Below are positions 1 through 12,660 of a stretch of 64,000 nucleotides of DNA, one piece after another. Positions within the stretch are counted from its first letter, which is position 1. Every line of letters starts with the position of its first letter. The stretch covers positions 29,760,001 through 29,824,000 of the forward strand of contig NC_059436.1 in assembly GCF_021028975.2 (NCBI RefSeq), given 5' to 3'. The stretch comes from Sphaerodactylus townsendi (taxonomy: Eukaryota). A program made the translations under genes and the position numbers. The notes below the pieces were generated by a model, which saw only the letters and a program-made list of their open reading frames with translations, made no database searches and had not been told where the DNA came from.

Positions 1-144
1 AAATCAGGCTAAGGCTGAGACAGACAGTAATTCAAGAGAGCTGAATCTGAGCTCGGAGCAGTGTTGCTCTCTGTCACCCACACACCTATTCCCTTGTCCC
101 ACTGCTGCCTTTATATATAAACAGGTTTTGTGATTTTTTTTGCA

Positions 145-720
145 ATGTATTTATTTTATTTTATTTAACTTAATATCCCACCCTCCCCAGCCAAACCTGG
201 GCTCAGGGTGGCTAACACACATTTCAAAACAACAAATCTTAAAACTCCACACAGTAAATAAGAGTTAAAAACATTTTAATATGAAATATACAGAAACTGA
301 ATATATAAATTACAAAGTGTAGTAGTGCACTGCCGACCCAGCAGTGCCGTAGTAGAACGTTGGGTGGGGGGGGGGGTCTCCCGCTGCTGGCGATCTCCAC
401 CAGATGTTATCTCCGCGTCTCGTCTCGTTCTTACGCTGACCGCGTGGGTCGACTACAACAAAGATGGTGCATTACTATAAATCACCACCTTTTATCCATA
501 TATAATCCTCACTCTCTTCAGTGGAACGTTTTGGTCTTACGGGCCCTGCTGAATTGATTTCTATCCCACAGGGTCCTAATGTCTGCTGGGAAAGAGTTCT
601 ACCAAACAGGAACCAGTGCCAAAAAAGCTCTGGCTCTTATGGAAGTCAATCAGTAGAAAACTCTATACATCCTGTTTACCAGAGGCAAAATCAGTATACA
701 TGTACATAAGATCTTTGTAA
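145..720 (-). mobile_element. Decayed LINE (L2-like) 3' end fragment
   Basis: (TTTTA)n tail at ~150-170 followed by sequence resembling the reverse complement of the L2-like 3' end at 8090-8695 (GGGCTCAGGG, GTCTTAC.GGCCCT). Boundaries approximate. Confidence 0.5.
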
Positions 721-1942
721 GCTGACTTGAACTCTTAGCAAAACAAAAATAACTCTGAATCCCCAAGCCTCTGGACATCTTTGCACAGTTCCTGAATCCC
801 TGGCTCATCCATGATTGATCACTGAATTTTTATGGTTTGGCCTGTCTCAGCTAAGGAAACGTTCTGAAAAATAGCAGCGGAGACATCATCGTATGTTGAA
901 AACTACTGTTTTCAGGCAGCTTCCGCCACATCCGACTACACATCTGGATTTAACGGTATGGCCACTACGTAAAAAGGGTGGAATGTGAAGATCTGTTATG
1001 TTCCACCACTTGCGGCCTCCAAAAATGAGAGCTGTCATTCATCTTCAAAGACTTCCCCTGGGATGCTTTCCACTCAGATGTCTGACCATCTGAACCTCCC
1101 CCCGCCCCAGCCCTGTTTTAATATGACATGCTAGAATAATTCCATATCTATAAAAGACAGGAAGGTGTTGGCAGATCTTAGGCAGCTGAATTAACAAGAT
1201 TTGGATCAGCCTCCCATGGGTATGTTCCATGCCCTCACAGTCGCCAGCATCTTCTGCTATGCTCAGAAACTAGCAAGATTTCTGTAACTGATGGAGTACT
1301 GGTCTACCATGGTACCCATCAATTTCACATGAGTCCAAATGCATATGGCAGCCAACTAGTTAAGGCTGTTTCCATGTTTGCACTTTCAGTTATTCCATTT
1401 CTGCAATCAGCTGCAAGCAGAATTGAAACTTGTTCCACACAACACTTAACATAGCATTAGATTTCTAAGAAAAATCCAGCACTGCCCAGCCCTAAAGACA
1501 AGATGTCACTACATGTTCATTCAGGAGTACATTTTGTCTTCTGAAATCTGCCCTTTATTCCTTGTTTTACACTCCACTCTATAACTTTCTACATTCTTAT
1601 GGCCAGAATGTTCATGAGTGGTTAATTACCTTGTGGTAGTAGTGCTAGAAAATCACAGTCATTTCAAAAACCTTAAGATTAGCAAAATTAGGGAGCTACA
1701 CTTGTCTCTCAGGAGTCACCTGGCTTGGATTCATTGAGCAGCAATGATTATCAGTTTCATTTCACTTATTGTCTTCTCTGGCACTATGATCAGTTTGCAG
1801 ACTTGTAGCACTAGGGGCTGTTCAGCTGGGCTTGCTCCTGAGCCATGTCAGCCTCCCAGGCTGCTCCTAGTAATCCTGCAAACTTTTCAGGGCAGTTTGG
1901 TGATGGGTTTACTTCAATCTGTAAAGTGTTATGTACCTTAAT

Positions 1943-2159
1943 TAGGGTTGCAAACTTCCAGGTAGTGACTGGAGATCTCCTGCTGTAACAACGGATCTCC
2001 TGGCAACAGAGGTCAGTTCACCTGGAGAAAATGGCTGCTTAGGAAGGTAGGTTCTATGTCATTATGCCCCAGTGAAGCCCCTCCCCCCAAATCCCACCCA
2101 TTCCAGACCCCACCCCTAAAACCTCCAAGTATTTTCCCATCCCAGAACTGGCAACCGCA
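1943..2159. mobile_element. hAT-type MITE (TAGGGTTGCCA...TGGCAACCCTA family), degenerate
   Basis: Ends TAGGGTTGCAA and TGGCAACCGCA; internal sequence matches the copy at 58071-58266 and the fragment at ~48593-48720. Confidence 0.7.
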
Positions 2160-5134
2160 AAAAGGATGGCCGTATTTAAAATTATTTTGACAGCTATTAT
2201 TGTGTTTATTAACAATAATGATCATTCTAATAAATGAATAGGTTGAATATTAAGAGGAAAGGCCCAATGGCCTTCACAGAGTACATAGCTATACTGGGCT
2301 GGAGATCTGTACAGTTAGAATTTTGCAGGCAACCCATCAGAAATATTAGCAGCTATGAGAAAAACATACATTCTGTTGAAAGCATGGGAGCACACACATA
2401 GCATGGCCTTCTGTGGAAAGCATTTGGAAGGTAGACACAGATTTAGGAGTGGGAAAATATGAAGGCTAAACTAGAAAGAATCTGAGAGCTGGGTAAGGCT
2501 CTGGGCCTGACAGGGTGATTCATATGGTTTTGGACACTCCCTTGTCTGTTTTTCCTTCCAGCTTATTTCATATGAACCAGGAACCAAAATGTTTCCTAGA
2601 AAGAGGAAATTTCCCTCACGGTGCTAGAGCTTAGGCTGCTGATATAATATTTCACAAGAAATACAGGAACTTTCCATATTATTTAAGGCTTATACGCACC
2701 CAAATTACATCAATATGTCCTTGGGGCATCTCCCTCCTTCCAGGGAAGACTGCACTTAATCATGAGGAAATGTGTTTTTCCCCTTTGGTATCAGATTCCT
2801 TTTATGGATATAGGAGGGGTAACAATGACCTCACTATGGTTTGACATCAGTTTCCCAAATTGGGGGCAAAGAAGGGGGAGGGAGAACAGGGACTTATCAT
2901 GATGTGCAGTCCAAATAACCTCCTTACTATAGATTTCATAATCAACAACTTTAACAGCAGGAAAATCACACTGTTGACATCTAAATTATCCTGACAGGAG
3001 CCCAGCCCAGAATCCTAGTCTTATGAACTAATGTTCTGCTCTTGCTTTTTTTTAACAAAAAAGGATTTTAGGGAGCATAAATATGGGCAACAATCTTTAT
3101 TTCAGTGCCACCCATATTTCAGTGCCACGAATTACTTTGCACACAACTACTATGCCTAATTTTTTAAAAAAACACAAATTCTGCATTTCAATAACACACA
3201 TTTCATGCAGAGCAAAGCACCATTGTGCAATCTAAACAAAGAGTATAAATTGACCTATATAAATCTGCATAATGGGCAGTTGTGGAAATTGTCATATTGA
3301 GGGGCAAGACTAGCCACTATTTTGCCCATCCACCTCCTTTATGGCTGCTGCTACTTCGGGTAAAATACAGCCCCCCTTTCTCTCAGCATGGTTGGTGAAG
3401 TCAACCTCACAGGATTATTACTCATTAGCAGGCCAGGGAGCCAGGCAGGTGGGTAAGGTCTTGTGCAGATTCTCTCAAGTTAAAGGAAACTTTATTTCTA
3501 TGAGGCATACACTCAGGGTATTGCAGAGGATAGGGTTTAGGTAAACTATGGAAAATAAACCAAAAGAAGGTTCTAACTATTGTTCGTGTAATTCATGTGA
3601 CATCAGATTTGGGTAGTTGCAGGATCTCCCCTGCCCTGGCGCATCTGCAGTGCTCTTTAGCATCATTCCCCTCTGACAGCCTTCATGGTAAAACACATGG
3701 CAAAACTCCAAAGAATTCTCAACCAAAAATCCCTCAAGAAAAGAAGGAGCCCCAAACAAAGAAACAGCTCCCCTTTCCAGGGGAGATGTGCTCTGGTGCC
3801 TTCAACCAATCTGGGTGCTAAACCTTGGAATCCCAGCCTGCCAAACCAGCACCCTCCAAACAAGAGGTGTTAACACATCAGAGGGCTGGTTGTTATCTCT
3901 GCCAGCAAGAACAAATGCTTTGTATCTGGCAAAGAGCATCTTTCCCCCTCCTTCCTAGCCACAAAGATGCTTGGACCGCATTCTATCACCATAACTGTCC
4001 AGGCTTCTCCTGCCTCACCCACCTCACCTTTCACCACATGGCCATACTTATGCAACATGAACATAGATTATTTTCCAATTTGTTGTATGTCTTGAGGCAA
4101 TGGCAAGGGCAAGGAATCATTGCAAAACACCGTCCCCTCCCAAATAAGGTAAAAAAATAGTCCATCATATCTGTGGGACTGGACCACGTATCCTTACAAA
4201 TGCATCACTTAAGAATATAAGAACCTGGATGAATCAGGTGAAGGGACCATCTAATGAAATCCTGTTTTCAACAGTTCAACCAGATGCCCCCAGGAAGCCT
4301 CCCAGTATGAAAGCACTAATCCTCCCATGTGGTTTACCCATGAAGAATTGTGAGGAGGGGGTATAGTTTGAAAAATCCATCCACCTCTCAAAATCTGCAG
4401 TGTTTGGTATGCCTTTTTTAAAAGTAGGAGGAGCTTTGGGGCATATCTGAGAATCCATGTTTTGTCTGTGTTTTGTTTTATGTCTTTCATTATCTGTACA
4501 GGGACCCCTCACTATTACACATAATAGTGAAGATATGCCACTATTTTGGAGGCTCTAAGCAGTGAATAAAACTTTCAGATGGCCAAGGATGAATATTTCC
4601 AAAATTCTTGAGGAAAGAGGTTGACTTGCAGGCTTAGCTGATTCTGTTATTTGCCCTTTTTCCTGAGCAACTCAAGGGTTCCTCTTTTTCCTCAGTCAGC
4701 TGTGGAAGAGCATTGATGTAATTTTCCAATTTGAACCAGTTAATGACATGACCAAAATTCAGAGGAGAGCTTAGCTTATGGTGCCCCTGCCACCTACTGG
4801 TAAATGAAAGTATTTACAGACTAATCATGGGGGTGGGAGAATAACTCAGCCTAACAGTATGGTGCACCAGATAATAGTTTTTGTTTGCTGTATAAAAAGA
4901 AGGAATGTTAGGAATGTACTGTTATATGGGGAGTTCCAGTTGCTCCTTTTGAGGACTGACACCTTGGAGTTTTCGGCTTCACATTGATTGTCTATGTAAT
5001 ACATCCCTTTCTAAAGGTACTTCTTCTGAAAAATTGTTTGTAAACACTGGAAGCTGAAAGAGAAACAAATCACTTAACTAAACCATTGAACATAAAAGGA
5101 TCAGCATATTTTCACAAGTTGGCAGTGGATGCCT

Positions 5135-5885
5135 TTCAGAGGAACTGCAATTCTGCTTTTTCTGTGATTGTCCCCAAGCTCTGGAATAGTCTGCGCTCGG
5201 AGATACTATATGTGCCTTTGTGGGTTTAGGCGCATGGCAAAGTGTTGGGTACATATATCAGCAGAGTAGAACAGAAGAGAAAGATTCTCAGTTGCTTTTC
5301 ATACATGAGTTACAACTATAAGAGAGGGCTATATGGAGATAAAATAAGAAATCCTTTCTTTCCTGTTGCACATCTACATTATTGTATGTTTGGTTACATC
5401 TTGCTACCTATCTGCTGTCTCACATGTTGTCTTCTACCTCGTGTCTGGCGTTGTGTCTGTTCAAACAAAGAAACAGAGTTAATTTTATGACTTCAGATGT
5501 ACGTGCTCACTAACATGTAAGCAATGGTTATCTGATTGATCAATAGCTAATCAATAGATCAGGTCATAAACAGTGACTTCAGCAACTTGTTCACAACCCT
5601 TTTATAACTGAGTTGTGACAGACGCTTGCAAAATCCCAACACAAATACCATCCTCTTCACCCAGGCCTTTGGTTAGCCTCTCTGGAAACCCCCTCTACCA
5701 CTGCTGGTCTGGGGAGGGGGTGGAGGGGTGTGTGTGGGGTGTGTGTGTGTGTGTGTGTATGTTATTTTAATGTGATTTTTATTACAGGTTTCAATGTTAT
5801 TTTATTTATGATGTTTTTAATGTAGTTTTAATTTTTTTATTTTTGTAAGCTGTTTAGAAATGCCAGTATGAGGTGGGGTATAAAT
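5135..5885 (+). mobile_element. L2-like LINE 3' fragment interrupted by a solo LTR
   Basis: 'TTCTGTGATTGTCCCCAAGCTCTGGAATAGTCTGC...GGCAAAG' resumes after the insertion as 'ACCATCCTCTTCACCCAGGCCTTTGG', then a (GT)n/T-rich 3' region ending GAGGTGGGGTATAAAT. Confidence 0.55.
5243..5641. mobile_element. Solo LTR (Copia/BEL-like termini)
   Basis: 399 bp bounded by TGTTGGG...CCCAACA and flanked by CAAAG/CAAAT (5-bp TSD with one mismatch). Confidence 0.65.
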
Positions 5886-6599
5886 CTAATTAATGTGGTT
5901 TTTACTGTTTTTTAATCTTTGTAAGATGCTGAGATGCCAGTTTGAGGTGGAGTATAAAATCTCATAAATAAATAATAAAAATGACCCATTTGTTAGAAGG
6001 CCGCTGCTGTCTTTAAGAGCTCCTTTTACATTCCTGCTTACAGGACTAAAAACCAAGGATGAGTAGTGGAATTTCACAGCACCTGCCAATCCAAAATGCC
6101 CCCTAGCTAAAGCTTTACCAGTTGCCCTTCCAAGCTTTTTTGGGCCCAGCACCTGCATTACCTAGCTGGTTTGCCTAGAATAAGCAACTTTTGGAGGATA
6201 TACCCCCTTTGCAATTTGCACGGTTCCTTGATTTATGGAATTTATGAAGCTCTGTCCCATGTCCCTGGATTTTAGGATTGCAGCTGGAGTTAGCCCTAAG
6301 CCCACTGCGGAAGAGGCTTGCTTCTCAGACTCAAAAGAAAAACATAATGGAAATGAATAGAGCTAAACCAATGTATTGAATAAACTTTACTGAGGCAGCC
6401 ATAAAACAACCACATGTTCTCATACACATGAGCTTGTTTCCAGGCCGGCTTTGGCTCCTGCTTGGCTTGAGCACGTGGGGGAACCCGGAAACAGTGTCAT
6501 CAGAGTTGCTTCTAATTGAGGCAGAGCAGAGAAAGCAAAAACCCTGTGCCTACCAGGGCGTAAGGAGTAGGCTCTTCCCACGTGGGTACCCCTAATATG

Positions 6600-6960
6600 A
6601 AAAAGCACGGGGGGGGGGGGGGGGGCCGGAGAAACTCAAGCGACCAGTCAGCCCCTTGAATCTCGTCCGGCGCCGCCCGGCTTGCAGTGCCACGCTCTGG
6701 ACGCAGGAGGCCGCTGTTGCGTTGCAAAGATGGAACTGCGGCCCCTCGGAAGTGCGGCCAAACTAACCCTGGAAGTGAACCGGGAGGGAGGCGGGGGCAG
6801 GTGTCCTGCGGGCTGAGAGATCGCCCTCCATGTGGAGTTCTGGCGGAGGAATCCGGCATGGCTGAGGTCCAGCAGGTCCGCGTGCAAGAGGCCATCGACG
6901 GCATGGTGCAAGGTCTCGAAAGAGAGACCATCCGGAAGATGCAGGTCAGGGAAGGTGCTC
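6600..6960 (+). promoter_or_regulatory. CpG-island promoter of FAM136A
   Basis: GC/CpG-rich; ETS-type CGGAAGTG (~6748) and GGAAGTG (~6771); GC box GGGAGGGAGGCGGGG upstream of the ATG at 6858. Confidence 0.75.
6858..6944 (+). CDS. FAM136A: FAM136A exon 1 (mitochondrial intermembrane-space twin CX3C protein)
   Basis: GGCATGG Kozak; MAEVQQVRVQEAIDGMVQGLERETIRKMQ; donor CAG|gtcagg; phase 0. Confidence 0.95.
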
Positions 6961-7747
6961 TGCACGCATATGGGAAGAGGTCAATGAATGAATCAGTGTA
7001 GACGTCGTTTTCACAACTTTCCCTTTCGTTTGTTGATTCGAGAGGAAGCGCGACACAGTTGCTGTTAGTGTTTGCTGGCCTTGCTGCTGTGCTACGGAGA
7101 CCTGGGTTCAAATCCCATCGCAGCCCTGAAGCTGGCTGAAGTGATGCTGGGGTTGCATGCCCTCCCACCCATAGTGGGATAATCCCGGTTATGCAGCCCC
7201 TCTCACGGGGGTTAAGGGAGGGGGTTAAAATATGATACACAACAAAAATAGTGAATCTTCTAGTTATGTATAAAGAAGACAACTTGGGGAAAATGCTACA
7301 AGCAGTATATTTGCCCTTATTCTTGTAGTGTCAGGTAATTCATGCCCTGCTCGTCCCATAGATGGCAGGTACTAATTCACAATTCAGTTTGCAGTTTTTG
7401 CAACGGCCTTTCCATTCAGAAAAAAGAACTGACCTGCAGACAAAATCAATTACAATTGATTTCCCCTTCTGCTCTAGGCAGAGGCAACCTCTTGAAACAC
7501 AGGTCTGTTGTAGATGTTAACTCTGATAGTCAAATGGAATCTCAGTCTACAAGAACAGGTTATCTCTCAATAGCAGCTGTAGGAGACAGGCTGCCATTGA
7601 GGGCTGATGGCTTCATGCTCAGTTGGATTGGCTGCACGAAGTCATCCAGCTTACCATGACTGGGAACAGAATGGACCAGGCGAGCCTGTGGTTTTTCTGA
7701 ATGTGTCCTCTGAATGTGTCCTCTTATTGACATCCAGCTTTTTGCAG

Positions 7748-7888
7748 GGAATCATGTTCAGGTGCAGTGCTGCCTGTTGTGAGAATCCCAAAGCTTCCAT
7801 GCAGCAAGTGCACCAGTGCATCGAACGCTGTCACACTCCCCTGGCACAAGCACAAGCTGTTGTCACCCAGGAGCTGGAGAGATTTCAG
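7748..7888 (+). CDS. FAM136A: FAM136A exon 2
   Basis: tttgcag|[47 protein letters not shown]|gtgagg; 141 nt; CX3C motifs. Confidence 0.95.
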
Positions 7889-8089
7889 GTGAGGAGAACA
7901 AAAAAAGCTCAGGTCTGTGTTTGCCTTTGAACCTGGCTAGAATTGCCCCATTCCTCTGGTTGGTTTCTATTTTTTCAACAAGGCCAAAGTCTCAATGGAG
8001 CAAGGGTCAAAGAGTTAACAGCGCTGATTCCCTCCCAAAAGAGGCAAAGGGCTCATTTATTCTCTCTCCCCTCTTGTAAATAGTAACAG

Positions 8090-8695
8090 AACTGGTTGTC
8101 GGTTGAATTCCGTTTGGAGTCAAGGTTTTGATATTGATCTTTAAGGCCTTGAGCAGTCTGGGACCCTTGTATCTTTGTGACTGCATCTCCTCATATTGCC
8201 CACAGAGGGTGCTTTGCTTCTCCAGTAGTAATTTCCTGGGAGTCTGTGGCCCCAAGGACATTCAATTAGCCTCAACTGGTAGAGCTCTCTCATCAACTGA
8301 CATCATGGCCCTGTGAGACCTTAACCAATTCCATAGGGCCTGTAAGACAGAAATGTTTCATCAGGTTTTTGGTTGAGGCTATCATATGTCTGCTCCATCT
8401 TGCTGGCCTCGCAATCCTTTCCCCATCTTTTCCTGGTCCCAGTAAATAATTGGCTATAAAAAGGGATGAGGTTGATGATGAATTTTAGGCTATACGGGGG
8501 TCCTTATGGATACCCATTGTAAACGTTTTATTGTGTTTTAAATGTTTAACATTTTTAGTTATCATATTGAATTGTATGTTGAATGTTTATATATGTAGGT
8601 TGCCCTGAGCCCAGCTTTGACTGGGAAAGGATGGGGTAGTAAGCATAATATAATTAAAATAGTTATAAATAAAATAAATTGGCAGTACACAACAA
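8090..8695 (+). mobile_element. L2-like LINE 3' end in FAM136A intron 2
   Basis: Encodes a remnant 'LILIFKALSSLGPLYL' typical of the L2/CR1 ORF2 C-terminus; A-rich (AAAT)n tail at ~8645-8680. Confidence 0.65.
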
Positions 8696-8915
8696 AGAAA
8701 TAAAAAGCCTCCAAACCTATCAGGGCAAATTCAAAACAAAAAGAAAGAACAAAGAAAGAAATGTTTCCACTTATTGCATACATTTGGTTTTACAGCTTCA
8801 ACAAGATTTAACAGGTTTTAAGCCTTTCTTGTCAACCACTGAATTTGATTAATGCAATGGGTTTTTACTTAAAGTCTTGTCAGCTGCTTACTTCTCTCTG
8901 TTCTCCCACGCACAG

Positions 8916-9104
8916 GATCGCCTCTCTCGCTGCACAATGTACTGCAATGACAAAGCTAAAGACTCTATGGATTCGGGAAGTAAAGAACAGCAGGTCAAGG
9001 CGCATCTGGAAAGCTGTGTGACAAAGTGCGTGGATGACCATGTCCAGCTCATCCCCAGCATGACCAAGAAAATGAAGGAGACTTTGGCAGCCATTGATCA
9101 GTAG
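8916..9104 (+). CDS. FAM136A: FAM136A exon 3 (terminal)
   Basis: cacag|DRLSRCTMYCNDKAKD...CVTKCVDDH...AAIDQ*; total 138 aa. Confidence 0.95.
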   Translation, partial: DRLSRCTMYCNDKAKDSMDSGSKEQQVKAHLESCVTKCVDDHVQLIPSMTKKMKETLAAIDQ

Positions 9105-10020
9105 ACTTACTGACATTGCAGGAGGTGGTCAGAGGGTCACCCATAAACAAAACAAAAAACTTGAGATGGGTGCAGCAACTGGGGATTTAGTAATGAAGGG
9201 TTGGGTGCATCCAGTATGACTCAGAGCTTGGAGGCCTCGTGTTGGTAAGGAGGCTGCATGGTGTGAGAATGAGAAGACAAGTTCATACATTTGCAGTCTC
9301 CTTGGTCTCAGTAATATGTATGCGCAGACAACTCTTGATAGCAGTGTCTTCTGACTTTTGAAAGGGCAGGAAAATCTGTGGCAAATTTGGGGGAGGGTTG
9401 GAAACTTCACATGTGCTATATGTGTGTCTCTGGATAAGTGTTGCCCCTTTTCAGCACTGTCTCTGCCTACTTTTATTAGGTTGTCTTGCAGATATGTCTT
9501 TGACATGCCCTGGAAGGAGCTGAGATGCTGCAACCTCTCTTCCTATGATGAGATTATATTTTAGTAGCAGACATGGCAGTGTTGAAACCAAATCATGCAC
9601 AGATGTGAATTCCTCAGAGCTGAGGACCTGTTTATGCTGTTGACAGAATCAAGTGATGAAGTGCTTTCTGGACTCTAGCAGTTGGTGTACTTACATGTTT
9701 AAATGTTTCCTTGTGGAGGAAAAACACTCATTGTACATTGAAAAATCAGGCAGAAAGCTAGGCTGAACTCTTCTTGGCATGTTTTCCACATGCAGGGTGT
9801 GAATATGTTTCCCATGAGAAGTACCCTATTGCTGTCTACCAAGCTGAACTGATACAGTCCACAAAATCTTTATTACTTGAATGGCTAGAGGATTAAAACA
9901 GGTTTCCAGTATTTTATGTTTGGTTTGATTTTGGTGAAATTCTTGGATTTTGTCATTGATATAGGAATACTGCATTGCCATATTCCTCTGGTAATGCCTA
10001 AAAGTCATTCCAAATTCAAC

Positions 10021-10037
10021 AATAAAAAATAAATAAA
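10021..10037 (+). terminator. Clustered AATAAA polyadenylation signals of FAM136A
   Basis: Three AATAAA (10021, 10028, 10032) ~0.9 kb after the stop codon, followed by T-rich sequence. Confidence 0.65.
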
Positions 10038-11434
10038 AATCTTCTATTTTTCAACCTCTTTTGAATTCTCATTATTTGTATTGAAGTGTTTTCCAAATTC
10101 ATTTCAGCAGTAGGGAATTCTGCATTGGTCATGAAATTCACATGATCGTCCAGTATGGCTTCACTCTTGCAGTCTTTTAGTGACAGTGAGAAACGCTTAT
10201 CAGGAGGAATATTCATCATGTCAAGCATATCAGAAGAGGGTGCCATTTTCATGATGGTTAAATAAATGGATTTTGTGTGATGGGAGCAGTATGCTTACTG
10301 AACTTGAAGGAGGGAGGAGGCATAAGCAGGTCTACTCAGAATTCTGCTCCAGTTTATTCAGTGGGCCTTACTACTTAGAAGGTGATGAATTATGAAAAAA
10401 GGAATTGTTTTTTGAAAGGAAATAGTCTAGGCTGCTTGGTGCCCTGTAACTTGTGATAGAACTCTTTTACTTTTCTTTTAAAAGAAAAGGTTACACGTTT
10501 TTAAAATAATATAACACACAGTTTCGACTGTAATGGCTGCAAATGTATATTGAGGTAAAACAGATTAGGCACATGACTGCAATGATGGTTGGATCCAAAA
10601 ACAAAAGCCAAGTAATGGCTGCTACTGAGTCAAAACAAAGTTATGCCTAACAGTGTTTATAACGACTCCACATTTTCTTTGGTATGGGACCTGTATGTTT
10701 TGTTTGCTGTTAATTTAATGAACCACTGACCCTTCTTAGCAGAAGGCTGGAAGAACAACCAGATAATAGCCCAATCTAATGATCTTGAAAGCTTGCATGC
10801 TGTTATTTCACCTAATCTTTAAAAAAAGTTATTACACAGTTTTAATTTTTTTTGTTGTGGATCAACATAGCTACCTGCATTTTCATCAGAATTGTTGGGA
10901 TAGTGCGACAACACTAAGGAAACCCAAAACTGAAGCTTTGTAGATATTCTTGGTTGAGAGATACCTTGAAGAACTGAAGCCATGCTTGTTAAGCAAGCTT
11001 AAGTCTGCAGTGTGGCTATGCCTTTGTAGCCCCCACCCCCCTTGGCATCTGTTACTTTTAAAAGTCCAGAAAAGAGCAATTTGTGGCTTCCTCTGACGGA
11101 GGATTGTATTTAGCTGCTTGCTACATCAATTCCAGCTGTAAGACAGTGAAAAACAGGATGGGATGGATAGATTGGATTGTGAAACTACATTCTGTCAGAA
11201 TGCTGAATTTAGATCTAGAGGTGACAATTTTTTGGAAAGGTGGGCAACACAATATTTCAGATATAAGATGTAGCTTCCCTCTTCAAAGCTAATAATGAAT
11301 TTCCTTGCCCTTTAAAAAGAAAGCACATACTTTTGTATAAATTAACCTCTCCGCTGAAATCAGTGAATGTATTGTTGAACTATTGTGTTGCCCAATGTAT
11401 TGTTGAAGGCTTTCAGAACTGGTATCAACTAGTT

Positions 11435-11952
11435 CAGTGGTGGCGAACCTATGGCACGGGTGCCAGAGGTGGCACTCAGAGCCCTCTCTGTGGGCACGCG
11501 CAAACAGAATCCCCCCCCCCCCCACACACACACACACATCTAGGCTGGCCTGGACCACTGGGCTCGATTATTAGCATTAAACCTAGGTTTTGGGGAAGCA
11601 GTGTAGGTAACCCTGTTAAGCACTGTTAAACCCCACTGATTTTCACGAGAAGAACTAAAGCACTATCCTTTACCTGGGAGTAAGCTCGGTTGCTGGCAAT
11701 GGGGCTTGCTTCTGAGTAAACCCTCCTAGGGTCGTGATTCACCCGTTGAAAGAGTTGCACGGTTGCTTCAAAGCAAAGCCACCGACTACCACCAAGCTGA
11801 CTCCCGAGTAACGCACGCCTCGGAGCCAACCGTTTTTTCCAAACGAAAACCTCAGTATTCAAGTTAAATTGCCGTGTTGGCATTTTGCGATAAATAAGTG
11901 GGTTCTGGGTTGCAGTTTGGGCACTCGGTCTCGAAAAGGTTCGCCATCACTG
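11435..11952. mobile_element. Non-autonomous hAT (Charlie-like) transposon
   Basis: TIRs CAGTGGTGGCGAACCT / AGGTTCGCCATCACTG; perfect 8-bp TSD AACTAGTT on both sides. Confidence 0.92.
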
Positions 11953-12149
11953 AACTAGTTATTGTGGGTTTTCCAAGATGGCTGGCATCTTCAAAGGCAT
12001 ATCACAGTAAGTTGTGTTCCCACATGTGGAATGAACGTGTAGTGGGGTACATGTTTTGTTCGCCTTACCAATGGGGGAGATGAGGCATAACTGCAAATTC
12101 ACAGGCTTTCTACGGAGCCAAGTTTCCAAGTTGGCTCTTTTACTTTGAC

Positions 12150-12660
12150 AAAAAGAGAATCTGATTGGCCATCCTGGGAATCTTAGGGCGGGCGATAACT
12201 TCAGCCTAGCGGTGATTGGTTGCTAGGGTTGGCTGATTACGCTGCGCTGACGCTGGGCCACTTCTCCCCTAACGCGTGCAGATGTGTGTGAGTGCGCCTG
12301 CGCCGCAGAGTCCGTTCTATTGGTGAAGACTCGCGCGTATTGACGTACAGCGTCCAAGAAACGGCTCGCGGGAGAGAAGAGCTGGTGGTGGGACCTACGT
12401 CTGAGATTACAAAATGAGTAAAGCGCACCCCCCGGAGTTGAAAAAGTGAGTTTTTGATGGGCGGCGGATGCTGGTCGGTTTGGGGACCGGTCTGGGAATC
12501 GTCGTAACGGGGGGTAGGTGGCATGTGGTGGACGAGAGCAGAGCGGCCGCTTTCCCAGCATGCTCAGCGAGGCGCCTGCGCACCAAGTCTCATCTGGCTG
12601 AATGGGAATGACGAACGCAGTGATGGCCAACCTTGTAGGGAGTCACGCCAGCTGGCGTGT
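12150..12660 (+). promoter_or_regulatory. CpG-island promoter of SNRPG
   Basis: Several inverted CCAAT boxes (ATTGG ~12164, 12215, 12319), GGGCGG, NRF1-like TGCGCCTGCGC (~12293), CRE-like TGACGTA (12341), ZNF143-like TTTCCCAGCATGCTC in intron 1 (~12551). Confidence 0.8.
12414..12445 (+). CDS. SNRPG: SNRPG exon 1 (Sm protein G)
   Basis: MSKAHPPELK(K); donor AA|gtgagt; 32 nt. Confidence 0.95.

Noticed and set aside
1630-1644. Possible 15-nt minus-strand microexon (ttttctag|CACTACTACCACAAG|gtaatt)
   Set aside because: No host gene or partner exons identifiable in the window.
1-6400. Exons of a neighbouring gene (TGFA expected upstream by human synteny)
   Set aside because: No recognisable coding exon found; ORFs at 3341-4512 lack homology and splice support.
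6512-7282. 256-aa minus-strand ORF over the FAM136A promoter
   Set aside because: Non-ATG start, GC-rich stop-poor sequence, no recognisable domain; antisense shadow of a CpG island.
10016-10252. 78-aa minus-strand ORF beyond the FAM136A poly(A) signals
   Set aside because: No recognisable homology, promoter or splice context; length is within chance expectation.
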